Shown here: positions 48,981 to 59,800 of the stretch, piece by piece
Layout: each line of letters opens with the position of its first letter
Position numbering within the stretch: position 1 is the stretch's first letter
From: Eubacteriales bacterium
GTDB lineage: Bacteria > Bacillota > Clostridia > Oscillospirales > CAG-272
Direction of reading: 5' to 3'
Assembly (NCBI GenBank): GCA_045120465.1
Contig: JBGVEW010000048.1
Location: forward strand, 12,495-76,494
DNA: 64,000 nt
Translations under genes and position numbers: made by a program
Notes under the pieces: generated by a model
The model's database searches: none
The model's input: only the letters and a program-made list of their open reading frames with translations
Told to the model about the DNA's origin: nothing

Positions 48981-50765
48981 TTACTTCTTGAGGTTTGCTT
49001 CGAGTGCTGCAAGCTCTTCGTAGAGCTCTGCGGGAACGCGATCGCCAACCTGCTTGTAGAACGCCTTGATGTTCTCAACGTCCTCGAGCCAGCTCTCGTT
49101 GTCGATGGTGAGAAGCTCGCGGATGGTGTCGATGGTAACGCCCTCAAGTCCTTCGATGTTAATGTCCTCAGCCTTGGGAACAAAGCCGATAGGCGTTTCA
49201 ACCGCATCAACCTTGCCTGCGCAACGGTCGAGGATCCACATCAAAACTCTCATGTTATCACCGAATCCGGGCCAGATGAAGTGACCTTCGGCATCGGTGC
49301 GGAACCAGTTTACGTGGAAGATCTTGGGCGCGTTGGGGATCTTCTTGCCCATTGCCAGCCAGTGAGCAAAGTAGTCACCCATATCGTAGCCTACGAAGGG
49401 ACGCATTGCCATAGGATCGCGGCGAACGACACCAACGGCACCTGCAGCAGCTGCAGTGGTCTCGGAAGCCATGATCGAGCCTACGAACGTACCGTTCTGC
49501 CAGTTACGGGATTCGTAAACCAGGGGAGCGGTCTTTGCGCGTCTGCCGCCGAAGATGATCGCGGTGAGCGGAACACCCTTGAGGCTGTTGAACTCGGAAG
49601 AAATGCAGGGGCAGTTGGTAGCCATTGCGGTAAAGCGGGAGTTGGGGTGAGCACCGGAGGTGTTGACCTTGTCTGCCTTATCGTACTTGGTGTAATCCCA
49701 CTTCTCACCCTTCCAGTTGAGAGCGTTCTTGGGAGGATTGTTATCAAGACCTTCCCACCAAACGGTGTTGTCATCCAGATTGTGGCAAACGTTGGTGAAG
49801 ATGCAATTCTTCTTGGTGGTCATGAGCGCATTGTAGTTGGAATGCTCGTTGGTACCGGGAGCAACGCCGAAGAAGCCGTTCTCGGGGTTGATTGCATAGA
49901 GTCTGCCGTCCTCGCCGACACGAATCCAAGCGATATCGTCACCAACGGTCCAAACCTTGTATCCTGCCTTCTTGTAGATTTCCGGCGGGATGAGCATTGC
50001 AAGGTTGGTCTTACCGCAAGCGGAGGGGAATGCTGCGGAGATATACTTGACCTCACCCTGAGGATTTTCGAGACCGAGGATGAGCATATGCTCAGCCATC
50101 CAGCCTTCCTTGCGGCCGAGGTAGGATGCGATACGGAGCGCGAAGCACTTTTTGCCGAGCAGAACGTTTCCGCCGTATCCGGAGTTAACAGACCAGATGG
50201 TGTTATCTTCGGGGAAGTGGCAGATGTAACGCTTCTCCTCGTCGCAATCAGCAACTGCGTGCAGACCCTTGATGAACTCAGGGGAATCACCGAGTGCTTC
50301 GATTACGTTCTTGCCTACGCGAGTCATGATCAGCATGTTCAAAACGACGTAGATGGAGTCGGTCAACTCAATGCCGATCTTTGCAAAGTCGGAGCCAACG
50401 ACACCCATAGAGTAGGGAATTACGTACATGGTCTTTCCGTTGTAGGAGTTTTTGTAGAGCTTGGAGAGTGTTGCATAGCACTCTTGGGGATCCATCCAGT
50501 TGTTGATATTACCTGCGTCCTCTTTCTTGGAGGTGCAGATAAAGGTTCTGTTCTCAACACGCGCAACGTCGTTGATCGCGGTGCGGTGCAGATAGCAGTT
50601 GGGGTACACTTCGGGATTCAGAGGCTCCAGTTCGCCGGTGCGGCAAGCTTCAGCGCGCAGAGCATTGGTCTGCTCCTCGCTACCGTCGATCCAAACGATC
50701 TCCTTGGGACCAACCATGTCAGCCATGGCTTTGATCCAATCCAGAACATACTTGTTGTTGGTCAT
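48981..50765 (-). CDS. pckG: Phosphoenolpyruvate carboxykinase (GTP)
   Basis: 594 aa. AFPSACGKTNLAML kinase-1a loop, WMAEHMLILG and NWFR motifs of GTP-dependent PEPCK. Confidence 0.95.
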   Translation of the reverse strand: MTNNKYVLDWIKAMADMVGPKEIVWIDGSEEQTNALRAEACRTGELEPLNPEVYPNCYLHRTAINDVARVENRTFICTSKKEDAGNINNWMDPQECYATLSKLYKNSYNGKTMYVIPYSMGVVGSDFAKIGIELTDSIYVVLNMLIMTRVGKNVIEALGDSPEFIKGLHAVADCDEEKRYICHFPEDNTIWSVNSGYGGNVLLGKKCFALRIASYLGRKEGWMAEHMLILGLENPQGEVKYISAAFPSACGKTNLAMLIPPEIYKKAGYKVWTVGDDIAWIRVGEDGRLYAINPENGFFGVAPGTNEHSNYNALMTTKKNCIFTNVCHNLDDNTVWWEGLDNNPPKNALNWKGEKWDYTKYDKADKVNTSGAHPNSRFTAMATNCPCISSEFNSLKGVPLTAIIFGGRRAKTAPLVYESRNWQNGTFVGSIMASETTAAAAGAVGVVRRDPMAMRPFVGYDMGDYFAHWLAMGKKIPNAPKIFHVNWFRTDAEGHFIWPGFGDNMRVLMWILDRCAGKVDAVETPIGFVPKAEDINIEGLEGVTIDTIRELLTIDNESWLEDVENIKAFYKQVGDRVPAELYEELAALEANLKK

Positions 50766-51013
50766 GGTGTTACTCCTTTTATGTTGATTTTTTATAAAAC
50801 AAATTTCTCTTGGGCATCAAGCCACCTTGTCACCCAGTATATATTTTACACGTTTTTTGTCTGCTTTTCAAGAGGGTTTTGAAAAGGTTACGAATTGTTC
50901 ACAATTTTGATTTTGAATTTTTTTCATGCGTTCCAAAAAATGCTTGACGAGTGAGGGAGTGGTGTAGTATAATAGATATAATAAATGTAACCGATTTTTT
51001 CAGCGAGGGAACT

Positions 51014-51787
51014 ATGCCAAGATTTTTTGTACCGCAAGAACAGATTACCGATCAGACCGTTACCATTCTGGGGGACGATGCACACCACGTTTCCCGTGCG
51101 CTTCGTATGGCGGTGGGGGAGCGTATCACGGTTTGCGATATGCAAGGAAACGACTATGAATGTGAGCTGATTGCTTTTTTGCCGGATCGCGTTGAGGCAA
51201 CGATTCTTTCTTCTTCTGTCTGCGCTTCCGAGCCTCCTTATCGCGCGTGTGTCTATCAGGCACTTCCCAAGGGGGATAAGCTGGACAGCATCATTCAAAA
51301 AGCGGTGGAATGCGGTGCGGCAACTCTGACCACCTTTGAGAGCGAGCGGTGCATCGTTCGTCTCAAGGGGGAAAACGAGAGCAAAAAGGTCGAGCGCCGT
51401 CAGCGCATCGCTCTGGAGGCTGCTAAGCAGAGCGGCAGAGGAATCGTTCCTGCCGTTTATCCTACCGTTCCTTTTATGAAAGCCGTAGAAGAAGCGGCAA
51501 AAGCGGATCTTGCGCTGTTTTGTTATGAGGGGGAGGGAACCGAACCGCTCTCTTCTGCAATCGAGCGGGTTTGTGCAGATTGGAAGGAGGATACCGTTCC
51601 TACCGTTTCTTTGATGATCGGTAGCGAGGGCGGCTTTTCCCCCGCAGAAGCGGAAGCGGCAAAGCGTGCCGGGATGATTCCCGTGGGGCTCGGCAAGCGG
51701 ATTTTGCGCACCGAAACGGCATCCGGCTTTGTTCTTTCCTGTCTGGTTTACGCCTTGGAATTGAAGAAAAACGCCAAAACACCTTGA
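51014..51787 (+). CDS. rsmE: 16S rRNA (uracil1498-N3)-methyltransferase
   Basis: MPRFFVPQE...DDAHHVSRALRM and the C-terminal IGSEGGFSPAE...LGKRILRTETA SPOUT knot motifs. Confidence 0.9.
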   Translation: MPRFFVPQEQITDQTVTILGDDAHHVSRALRMAVGERITVCDMQGNDYECELIAFLPDRVEATILSSSVCASEPPYRACVYQALPKGDKLDSIIQKAVECGAATLTTFESERCIVRLKGENESKKVERRQRIALEAAKQSGRGIVPAVYPTVPFMKAVEEAAKADLALFCYEGEGTEPLSSAIERVCADWKEDTVPTVSLMIGSEGGFSPAEAEAAKRAGMIPVGLGKRILRTETASGFVLSCLVYALELKKNAKTP

Positions 51788-51979
51788 TTTATTGATATTT
51801 TGACGAAAAAAGCCGTCAAAATGATGCTTTTTTTGACATGCCATGCACTTTGCATGAAAAAAAAGAATTTTTTTATGAAAAATATTGAAAAACCTATTGA
51901 AAAATCACAAAAAATGATGTAAAATATATTTAGTTTTCTACGAACAGTGTCCCAAAATTGATAGAGGAGAAAGAATTTT

Positions 51980-53065
51980 ATGTCTAACAGATTGTTTCAA
52001 GGCGTCATCCATCAGATGAAGGATGCGATCGATCGCGTCATCGGTGTTGTCGATGAAAACGGCGTGGTCATCGCGTGCTCCGAGTTGGTTAAGATCGGAG
52101 AGATCCGTCAGGGTGTGCGCGATGAGCTGAATTACACCAATGACGTTATTACCAATAATGGTTACACTTACCGTCCCATGACCAACAGCCCTAAAACCGA
52201 TTATATCGTGTTTATCGAGGGCGAGGACAAAATGGCGGAAAAAATGTCCAAATTCCTGGCTATCTCCCTTGGAAACATCAAAAATCTCTATGATGAAAAG
52301 TATGACAAGGGCTCCTTTATCAAAAACATTATTTTGGACAACATTCTTCCCAGCGATATTTACATCAAATCCAAGGAGCTTCATTTCAACACCGAGGAGA
52401 TGCGCATCGTCTTTTTGATCAAATTCTTTGGAAAGACCGATATGCTCCCCTTTGAGATGCTGCAAAATATGTTCCCGGACAAGTCCAAGGATTACGTCAT
52501 CAGCGTAGGGGAGCACGATATCGTTCTCGTAAAGGACGTTAAGCCCGGAACCGAGTCCAAGGATATCGAAAAGATCGCAACCAACATTGCGGATACGCTT
52601 TCCGCAGAGTTTTATACCAAGGTTGCCATCGGTATTTCCACCGTTGTCGAAAACATCAAGGATCTGGCACGCGCTTATAAGGAAGCGCAGGTCGCTCTTG
52701 AGGTTGGCAAGGTGTTTGAAAATGAAAAGAACATTATCAGCTATGAGAACCTCGGTATCGGTCGTTTGATCTATCAGCTTCCCACCACGCTCTGCGAAAT
52801 GTTCTTGCAGGAGGTCTTTAAAAAGGGAAGTCTCGAATCCCTCGACCGCGAAACCCTGCAAACCATTCAGTGCTTCTTTGAAAACAACCTCAACGTTTCC
52901 GAAACCTCCAGAAAGCTGTTCGTGCACCGCAACACGCTGGTCTATCGCCTCGAAAAGATCCGCAAGCTCACGGGTCTTGACCTGCGCGAGTTTGAGCATG
53001 CCATCACCTTTAAGGTTGCTTTGATGGTTAAGAAGTATCTGAGCTCTAAACCCATTAAGTTCTGA
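51980..53065 (+). CDS. PucR/CdaR family transcriptional regulator
   Basis: C-terminal HTH NVSETSRKLFVHRNTLVYRLEKIRKLTGLDL is typical of PucR_C. Confidence 0.8.
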   Translation: MSNRLFQGVIHQMKDAIDRVIGVVDENGVVIACSELVKIGEIRQGVRDELNYTNDVITNNGYTYRPMTNSPKTDYIVFIEGEDKMAEKMSKFLAISLGNIKNLYDEKYDKGSFIKNIILDNILPSDIYIKSKELHFNTEEMRIVFLIKFFGKTDMLPFEMLQNMFPDKSKDYVISVGEHDIVLVKDVKPGTESKDIEKIATNIADTLSAEFYTKVAIGISTVVENIKDLARAYKEAQVALEVGKVFENEKNIISYENLGIGRLIYQLPTTLCEMFLQEVFKKGSLESLDRETLQTIQCFFENNLNVSETSRKLFVHRNTLVYRLEKIRKLTGLDLREFEHAITFKVALMVKKYLSSKPIKF

Positions 53066-53201
53066 CATAAGCCACTAACGGAAAGCGGAATGCGCAAAAG
53101 GGCGCATTTCGCTTCTGTTACTGTTTTTTGCGGCACCGAATAACTTTGTCCGCGTGTCCATAAAATAAGTAGTGATATTTGTAAACCCGAAAGGAACTTG
53201 T

Positions 53202-54650
53202 ATGGAGCCCAATCAAATCAATGATTTTCCGTGGAGTACACCGCCCGAAAACCGTACTCCCAATCAAAATGCAAAAAAAGAGAAAAAATGCTCGGTCAGT
53301 TTTCTGATCAGTATTCTTCTCGTTGCCATTGCCGCTACCATGCTCCTGACCTATACGCTCACCGCATCGTATCATCGGGGCGTGTACGTACAAAAGATCA
53401 ACGAGCAGCAAGCTACGATCAATGCGATGCGCGATCTTTTGGAAAACGGCGGGGGCAGTGAGTTTGAAAAGCTGGAATTCCTTTCCGCTTTGTTTGAGTA
53501 TTATTCTTACTATGCCGATTCTATTGATAAAGAGGAGGTTATCGAAGCCGTTTTGCGTGCCTATGCTGCCGCAACGGGCGACGATTATGCCGAATATTAT
53601 ACCGAGGAAGAGTATGCCGCCATGCTTCGGGATAGCGCAGGCTCGTCCGAGGGGATCGGAATCAGCGTGGTGCAAACCGAAATCACCGTGGATGGATATC
53701 AGTATCAAGTCTTTCAGGTGATCGCGGTTTACCGCAACTCTCCCGCAGATGGTGCAGGGATACGGATCGGTGACTACGTTGCCGCACTCAAGGTTGACGG
53801 CACCTATAAGAGCGTTGCGGAGCTTGGCGGATATACCGCAGCCCTAAACGAGATCCGCGGTGAGAGCGGAACTACGGTCGAGCTGATGATCTTCCGTGCA
53901 TCGGGCGAGGAGTATGAGCGCGTGGAGTTTTCCATTACGCGAGCCCCCTTCGTTACCGAATCGGTTACCTTTGAGCTTGCCGAAAACGATCCCAAGGTCG
54001 GGATTGTGCGCATTTCCGAATTTGATATGACGACTCCCACACAGTTTAAAACGGCTGTCAATAGCCTTTTGGGGCAGGGCGTCGAAAAATTCGTGTTCGA
54101 CGTTCGCAACAATCCGGGAGGAGATCTGCAATCCATTAAGGCGGTCCTCTCTTACCTTTTGGACAAGGGGGATCTGATCCTTTCTGCAATCGATAACAAA
54201 GGAAACACCGTGCGTTCCTACTATGCCGAGGCGCAAACGCTGTCGGGCGAATATGCACCATGCAGTGTTGCGGAGGCAGAGCTGGGAATGTATCGGGATC
54301 TGAATATGGTGGTGCTGTGCAACGAAAATACCGCAAGTGCCGCAGAGGTCTTTACGGCGTCGCTCAGAGACCACAAAAACGTCCCCATCGTGGGTGTTAC
54401 CACCTTTGGAAAGGGGATCATGCAGGCTCATATCAGCCTTGGCTTGCAAAGCTATGGGGCGTATGACGGTTGGATCAAGATGACCACCTATGCGTATGTC
54501 ACCGAGTGTGGAAAAACCTATCACGATATCGGAATCGCGCCTACCAAGGAGGTTGCGCTTTCCGATGAGGCAAAAACCTACAACGTATATCTGCTTCCGC
54601 AGGACAAGGATAACCAACTGCAGGCAGCAATCGCGCAATTCCAACCGTAA
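53202..54650 (+). CDS. S41 family C-terminal processing peptidase
   Basis: N-terminal TM segment and a PDZ region (PADGAGIRIGDYV). Catalytic contexts RNNPGGDL, NENTASAAEVF and TFGKG. Confidence 0.88.
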   Translation: MEPNQINDFPWSTPPENRTPNQNAKKEKKCSVSFLISILLVAIAATMLLTYTLTASYHRGVYVQKINEQQATINAMRDLLENGGGSEFEKLEFLSALFEYYSYYADSIDKEEVIEAVLRAYAAATGDDYAEYYTEEEYAAMLRDSAGSSEGIGISVVQTEITVDGYQYQVFQVIAVYRNSPADGAGIRIGDYVAALKVDGTYKSVAELGGYTAALNEIRGESGTTVELMIFRASGEEYERVEFSITRAPFVTESVTFELAENDPKVGIVRISEFDMTTPTQFKTAVNSLLGQGVEKFVFDVRNNPGGDLQSIKAVLSYLLDKGDLILSAIDNKGNTVRSYYAEAQTLSGEYAPCSVAEAELGMYRDLNMVVLCNENTASAAEVFTASLRDHKNVPIVGVTTFGKGIMQAHISLGLQSYGAYDGWIKMTTYAYVTECGKTYHDIGIAPTKEVALSDEAKTYNVYLLPQDKDNQLQAAIAQFQP

Positions 54651-54685
54651 AAACTATTTATTCATATTTATAAGGAGATAAGATC

Positions 54686-55174
54686 ATGGCAAAGGGAAAA
54701 CAAATGCTTTATACGCAGCAGGGTTATCAGGAACTGGTAGATGAGCTGTATCGCCGCACACACGAGGAAAGAGAGAAGATTAAGAACGATATCGCGGTAG
54801 CACGTTCCTTCGGTGACCTTTCCGAGAACTCCGAGTACGACGAAGCAAGAAACGATCAGGCAAAGAACGAGGCACGTATTAAAGAGCTGGAGGAGCTGAT
54901 CGAAAATGCGGTCATTCTCGACGAATCCACCATTGATACCAGCATCATCAGTTTGGGATCTGCCGTTAAGATTCTGAACGTTACGATGGGTGTGGAATTT
55001 ACGTACGATCTGGTTGGTTCCAACGAGGCAAATCCCATGGAGGGCAAGATCTCGGATCAGTCTCCCATCGGTGCGGCTCTCATCGGTAAAAAGGCGGGAG
55101 ATACCGTTACCGTATTGGTGCCCAATGGGGAGATCACCATCAAGGTTCTTGAGGTTTCCAGAACGCAGGCATAA
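54686..55174 (+). CDS. greA: Transcription elongation factor GreA
   Basis: 162 aa. ARSFGDLSENSEYDEAR is the coiled-coil tip with acidic residues. C-terminal FKBP-like domain. Confidence 0.95.
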   Translation: MAKGKQMLYTQQGYQELVDELYRRTHEEREKIKNDIAVARSFGDLSENSEYDEARNDQAKNEARIKELEELIENAVILDESTIDTSIISLGSAVKILNVTMGVEFTYDLVGSNEANPMEGKISDQSPIGAALIGKKAGDTVTVLVPNGEITIKVLEVSRTQA

Positions 55175-55233
55175 ACAAGACGAAAAAGGGTGTCGGCAGA
55201 GCGCAGACACCTTTTTTTACAAAGGAGAATTAC

Positions 55234-55986
55234 ATGAAAGATCAATACGAATCCCGACAGGAGAAGGAGAGTGGCGGAGAGATCGTCATTTCCAATCCGT
55301 TTCTCAAATGGTGGGATAATTTTTGGTATCATCACAAGTGGACGGTCATTGTATCCGCCTTCTTTTTGGTGGTGTTTGTCGTTTGCTTCGTTCAATGCTC
55401 CCAGCGCACGCTGTCTGACCTTTACGTTACCTTTTCGGGCGGAGTTGTGGTGAGTGAGGAGGAAGGCAACGCGATTTCACAGGTGATGGGTAGTCTGTTG
55501 CCTGTCAAGGAGGGGGAGAACGCTTCCAAGGTGGGGGTGGTTTCTTATACCTTCTTTTCGGAGGAGGAGCTCCGCACGCTTTATACCGATCCCGAAACGG
55601 GGAATGTTGACTACGAGGGTATTAATCGCGCGAATCCGGCAAACATGGAGCGTCTCGATTCTTTGACGAAATACATGATGACGGGGGAGTGCTCGATCTG
55701 GCTTTTGAGCCCCACGGTTTATGAGGAACTTCATATGAAAAACGATATTGGCGTTTCCTTGGAGACCACTTTCGGAAGCCGCCCCGCGTGCGCGTACGAC
55801 GATTACGCGATCCGTTTGGGAGATACCGAGCTCTACCGTTATTACGAGGCGTTGCAGGTGCTCCCCGAGGATACGCTCGTGGTGCTGAGTGCAAGCTTCG
55901 TTTGGGGCGCGTCCTCGGATGACGTGCGCTACGCGCAGATCAAGGAGCTGTTCCGCGCGATCGTCGAATTCAAAGTGCCCGATTGA
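55234..55986 (+). CDS. Hypothetical single-pass membrane protein
   Basis: RBS AAAGGAG, one TM segment (WTVIVSAFFLVVFVVCFV), no motif I recognise. Confidence 0.5.
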   Translation: MKDQYESRQEKESGGEIVISNPFLKWWDNFWYHHKWTVIVSAFFLVVFVVCFVQCSQRTLSDLYVTFSGGVVVSEEEGNAISQVMGSLLPVKEGENASKVGVVSYTFFSEEELRTLYTDPETGNVDYEGINRANPANMERLDSLTKYMMTGECSIWLLSPTVYEELHMKNDIGVSLETTFGSRPACAYDDYAIRLGDTELYRYYEALQVLPEDTLVVLSASFVWGASSDDVRYAQIKELFRAIVEFKVPD

Positions 55987-56007
55987 CGTATATTTTCGAG
56001 GTGGAAC

Positions 56008-56790
56008 ATGAAGCAATTCAAAAAAATGAAAAAGCCGCTGATGATTACGGCAATCGTGATCGCTGCGCTGGTTCTCGCCGCCGTTGTGGTAGGAATCCTC
56101 AACGCAACCGTCGCGGGCGGATCTTGGAATTTCGGATGGAGCGATTATCGCTATGACGAAAGCGGATACCGAGTGGGGAGCGGAACGATCCCCGCGCATA
56201 ATATTACCGCAATTGACGTGGATTGGATCGATGGGAACGTGCAGATCGTCCTGTGCGACGATTCCTATCCATCCGTAACCGAAAGTGCCAAGACCGAATT
56301 GACCGAGGATAGCCTTTTACGGTGGAGCGTCAGCGAGGACGGCAAGCGTTTGTCGGTCAAATATCGCAAATCCTCTTGGTTTTTTGGAAGCTCGGAGAAC
56401 AAAAACAAGGATCTGATCCTGCGCGTTCCGCGTCGATTGATGCAATCCCTGGAGAGCTTGAACGTGAACACCGTCTCTTCCAACGTAACGGTAACCGACG
56501 TGACCGTGAAACAAATGAACGTCAAAAGCCAAACGGGTGAGATTCGGATCAACTGCAAGATATCACCCGAAAAGCTGAACGTAGAAGGGGAGAGCGGTAA
56601 GATCAAGATCATTCTTCCTTATCAAACAGGATTTACGTTGGCGTTTGAGAGTGAAAAGGGAACTGCAACGGTGGATTTTCCTTGTCAGCGTGAAAACGGG
56701 TATTATATTTACCGCGTTGAAAACGCACCGACTGCCGAGATAACGGTCAAAAGCAAAAAAGGCGAACTGATTGTCACGTATGAAAACTAA
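56008..56790 (+). CDS. DUF4097-like beta-strand repeat protein (putative adhesin fold), membrane anchored
   Basis: N-terminal TM segment, then repeated short beta-strand units (ID.D...G.V.I, V..VSSNVTVTDVTVK, SQTGEIRI, GESGKIKI). Confidence 0.55.
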   Translation: MKQFKKMKKPLMITAIVIAALVLAAVVVGILNATVAGGSWNFGWSDYRYDESGYRVGSGTIPAHNITAIDVDWIDGNVQIVLCDDSYPSVTESAKTELTEDSLLRWSVSEDGKRLSVKYRKSSWFFGSSENKNKDLILRVPRRLMQSLESLNVNTVSSNVTVTDVTVKQMNVKSQTGEIRINCKISPEKLNVEGESGKIKIILPYQTGFTLAFESEKGTATVDFPCQRENGYYIYRVENAPTAEITVKSKKGELIVTYEN

Positions 56791-56799
56791 ATTATAAGC

Positions 56800-56840
56800 C
56801 CGCCCCCGCAACACATGTTGCGGGGGCGGTTTTGTTTTTT
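56800..56840. terminator. Hairpin terminator between convergent genes
   Basis: CCGCCCCCGCAAC-acatg-GTTGCGGGGGCGG followed by TTTTGTTTTTT. Confidence 0.85.
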
Positions 56841-59800
56841 ATTCAAGTCCGTCAACGAGCGAGCAGATGTTGTAGATGACCCTTTGGGGATCTCTCCACC
56901 AATCCATGCTCCAGATGCGTTTGATCGTCCATCCACGGGACTCCAGGTACTTTTGACGATGGTAGTCACGCTCACGTGCGGAGGATGCGACGCTGTAAAG
57001 CTTACCGTCACATTCAATGCCAAGCACGTACTTGCCGTTCTTTCGTACTGCAATATCAATGCGGTAACCGCCGATACCAACCTGCGTGTCGATCTCGTAG
57101 CCCTTTTCACGGAGCGAATCCGCAACCTTTTGCGCAAACTCGGTTTCCAGAGGTGCCGCTACGATGCCGTAGGTCTCTCCAAAGGAGCGCAGAATGATCT
57201 CCGCCTCTTCCTTGTTGCCGTTGCTGATTGCAAATGCGTACTCGAGATAACGCTTCAGAATTCTGGGACCGTCGTTCTTTGCATCGTCGAGCATCAATTC
57301 CGAGGGGCGGAAGGAGGTCACAATGTGGATCTTCTTTTTCGCGCGGCTGATCGCAACGTTGAGACGGTTTTCGCCTCCCTTTTGGTTGAGCCAACCAAAG
57401 TTGTGCATCAAACGTCCGCTGGTGTTTTTTGCGTATCCGATGGAGAAGACGATGACGTCTCTCTCGTCTCCCTGCACGCTTTCAATGTTCTTCACAAAGA
57501 GTCCGGTGTCTTCACCGTTGTCCTTGCGCGCCATTTCCGCGCGGATTGCGGTTGCAAATGCGGGATCCTTGACCGATTCCTCATCGATCACGTCGTAGAT
57601 CATATCGCGCTGGGATGCGTTGAAGGCAATGATACCGATGGTCTCGTTCTCCCGTCTGGTTGCAAAGAAGTCCTTGAGAAGCTCAACGACCTTTTCGGCT
57701 TCCTTGCGGTTGGAGCGTCCCTGCCATACTGCGTCTCCTACCTGATGCACCTCGATCGGAGGCTTTTCGGGGGTATCGGTATTGGGAGCGACGAACAAAC
57801 GTCCCTTGTAGAATGCGTAGTTGGAGAAGTCGATCAATTCCTCATACTTGGAACGGTAGTGTGTGTTGAGTAATACGTCGGGATAACGGAAGCGCGCCAG
57901 GTCGAGAAGGCTTTCCTCTTCCAGCGCCGCGGAGATCTCCGCATCCTCGTCGAGCATATCCTCCATGTCAAAGCGTCCTTCGCCAAGGCTGGAGGGACGG
58001 AGCTGCTTGTGGTCGCCCGCAATCACAACCTTCTTGGCACGGATGAGGGAGGGAATGCTCTTTTCAACGTAAAGCTGGGATGCTTCGTCGAAGATCAACA
58101 GATCGAACAGATCGTTCTGCTGGGGAAGGATCTCGGATACTGCGTCGGGAGTCATCAGCCATACCTTAATTGCCTTGAACAATTCAAAGTCGAACTTCTG
58201 AATAAACTTTCCAACGCTGCTGCGGCGACGGCTTTCCACTGCGCGGCTGATTTCGCCCTTGCGCTTGGAGGTGGTGATATACTTGATATCGTCTGCCAAC
58301 AGCTTAGTAATGCGCTGACGCGCGAGATCCTTTTTGATCTGAATATTGCTTTCGATCGTGGAAATGATCTTTTCAAAGGAATCCAGCTTGGGAATGAGCG
58401 TGCGGTTTTCGCTCTCAAACTTTTGAATGTACTCAAAGAGAATGGTGTTGTAAAGCTCGTCGTTCCATTCGGTTACCGTACCGCCGCAAATCTTGTGGAT
58501 CTTGCGCAGTGCCGCGAGATAGATGTTCTCGTGTGCGGTCAGACTCATAACGATCGGCTTGAGATTTGCGTAGCCTGCGGTAAATTCCTTCAAGCTCTGC
58601 TTCACCGCTTCGGGCTGCTCCATCATCAGGCGTACCGCGTAGGAAGCGTTGATCTTTTGGAAATAATCCTTCGTCAAATTTTGAATATCCTTGGTCAATC
58701 TGCCCTTGGAGGTTTGACGCTTGAGGAAGGATTGATTTCTCCATTCGTCAACCTTGAGGATCATTTCGTCGATCGCGTCGGAGAAGAGAATGAGATCGTA
58801 GTTGGACAGATCGTCCTTCATTTTTAAGAACCACGGGTAACGCTCGATGGTCAGCTGATAGTGGTCGAGGCTGTTGGTGAGTTGTCCGTTGGCAAAACGC
58901 TTGTGGATCGCGTTGATCTCGTCGTATTTGAGGTTGAGAAGCTCGTCGGTGATTACCGTGCGGATGGTTTTATAGGTCTTGATCTGCTCGTGGTTTTGCA
59001 GATTGATGCGGCGGTTCTCCATATAGAGCTTGTACGGAGCGATTCCGAATTCGCCGGGCTGGAAGAGCTTTTCCGCAATGACCTCAAGGGTAGCCACGTC
59101 CGCATCGATTTCGGCGGAGATGGGGGAGAGGTCGGGAGCTTCCAAGGGGACGTTAGCGTCGGTGCTGAGCAACAGACGCTCCAATTGGCTGTAGAACAGA
59201 TTCTTATTATTGGGATCGTCCATCATCATCGCGTAGCGCGAGAGATTGCCGAGGCGGGAATAAACAACGTCGAGCGCGGTCTTTTTCTCGGAAACCATCA
59301 AAACCGTCTTGCCCTGATCTACAAACTGTGTAATCAAGCTGGTGATGGTTTGCGATTTACCCGTGCCGGGAGGGCCCTCTACAACAACCTCGTCTTTGTC
59401 GGCAAGCGCGTGCAAAACCGCTTCCTGTGCCGAGTTGAGGGCGTTGATATAAACCAAAGAGTTTTCGCTGATGTCCAGCTTTTTGCCGGGGCTGTTGATC
59501 TCGAGATCATCGCCCGCATGGTCGGAATAAAAGTCGATCGAACCGTAATCGGACACCAGATCGGATACCAGGCGGTTGATCAATCCCTTGTCAAGGATCT
59601 CGTCAAAATCGCGCTGAATGGAGTTGGAATATGCGGGGAATTTTCCGATTACGATGTTGTGCACCAGCTTGAGTGTGCCGCGGGTATAGTGAGGGAAGGA
59701 TTCTCCGGGATATTCGGTAAACTTTTTCAGCTCGTCGCTGCTGTATTCGATGCGAATGTCGTTCTTTTCGTAAAAATCGAGCAGATTTTGCAAGAAGGTA

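Noticed and set aside
49281-50882. 533-aa plus-strand ORF opposite pckG
   Set aside because: Same codon-register shadow effect. pckG is unambiguous (GTP-PEPCK motifs), and the antisense product has no recognisable features.
50888-50905. TTGTGAACAATTCGTAA upstream of pckG as a Rex or CRP/FNR-type box
   Set aside because: The second half-site matches poorly (5 of 7) and the spacing is one base short of the TTGTGAA-N4-TTCACAA arrangement.
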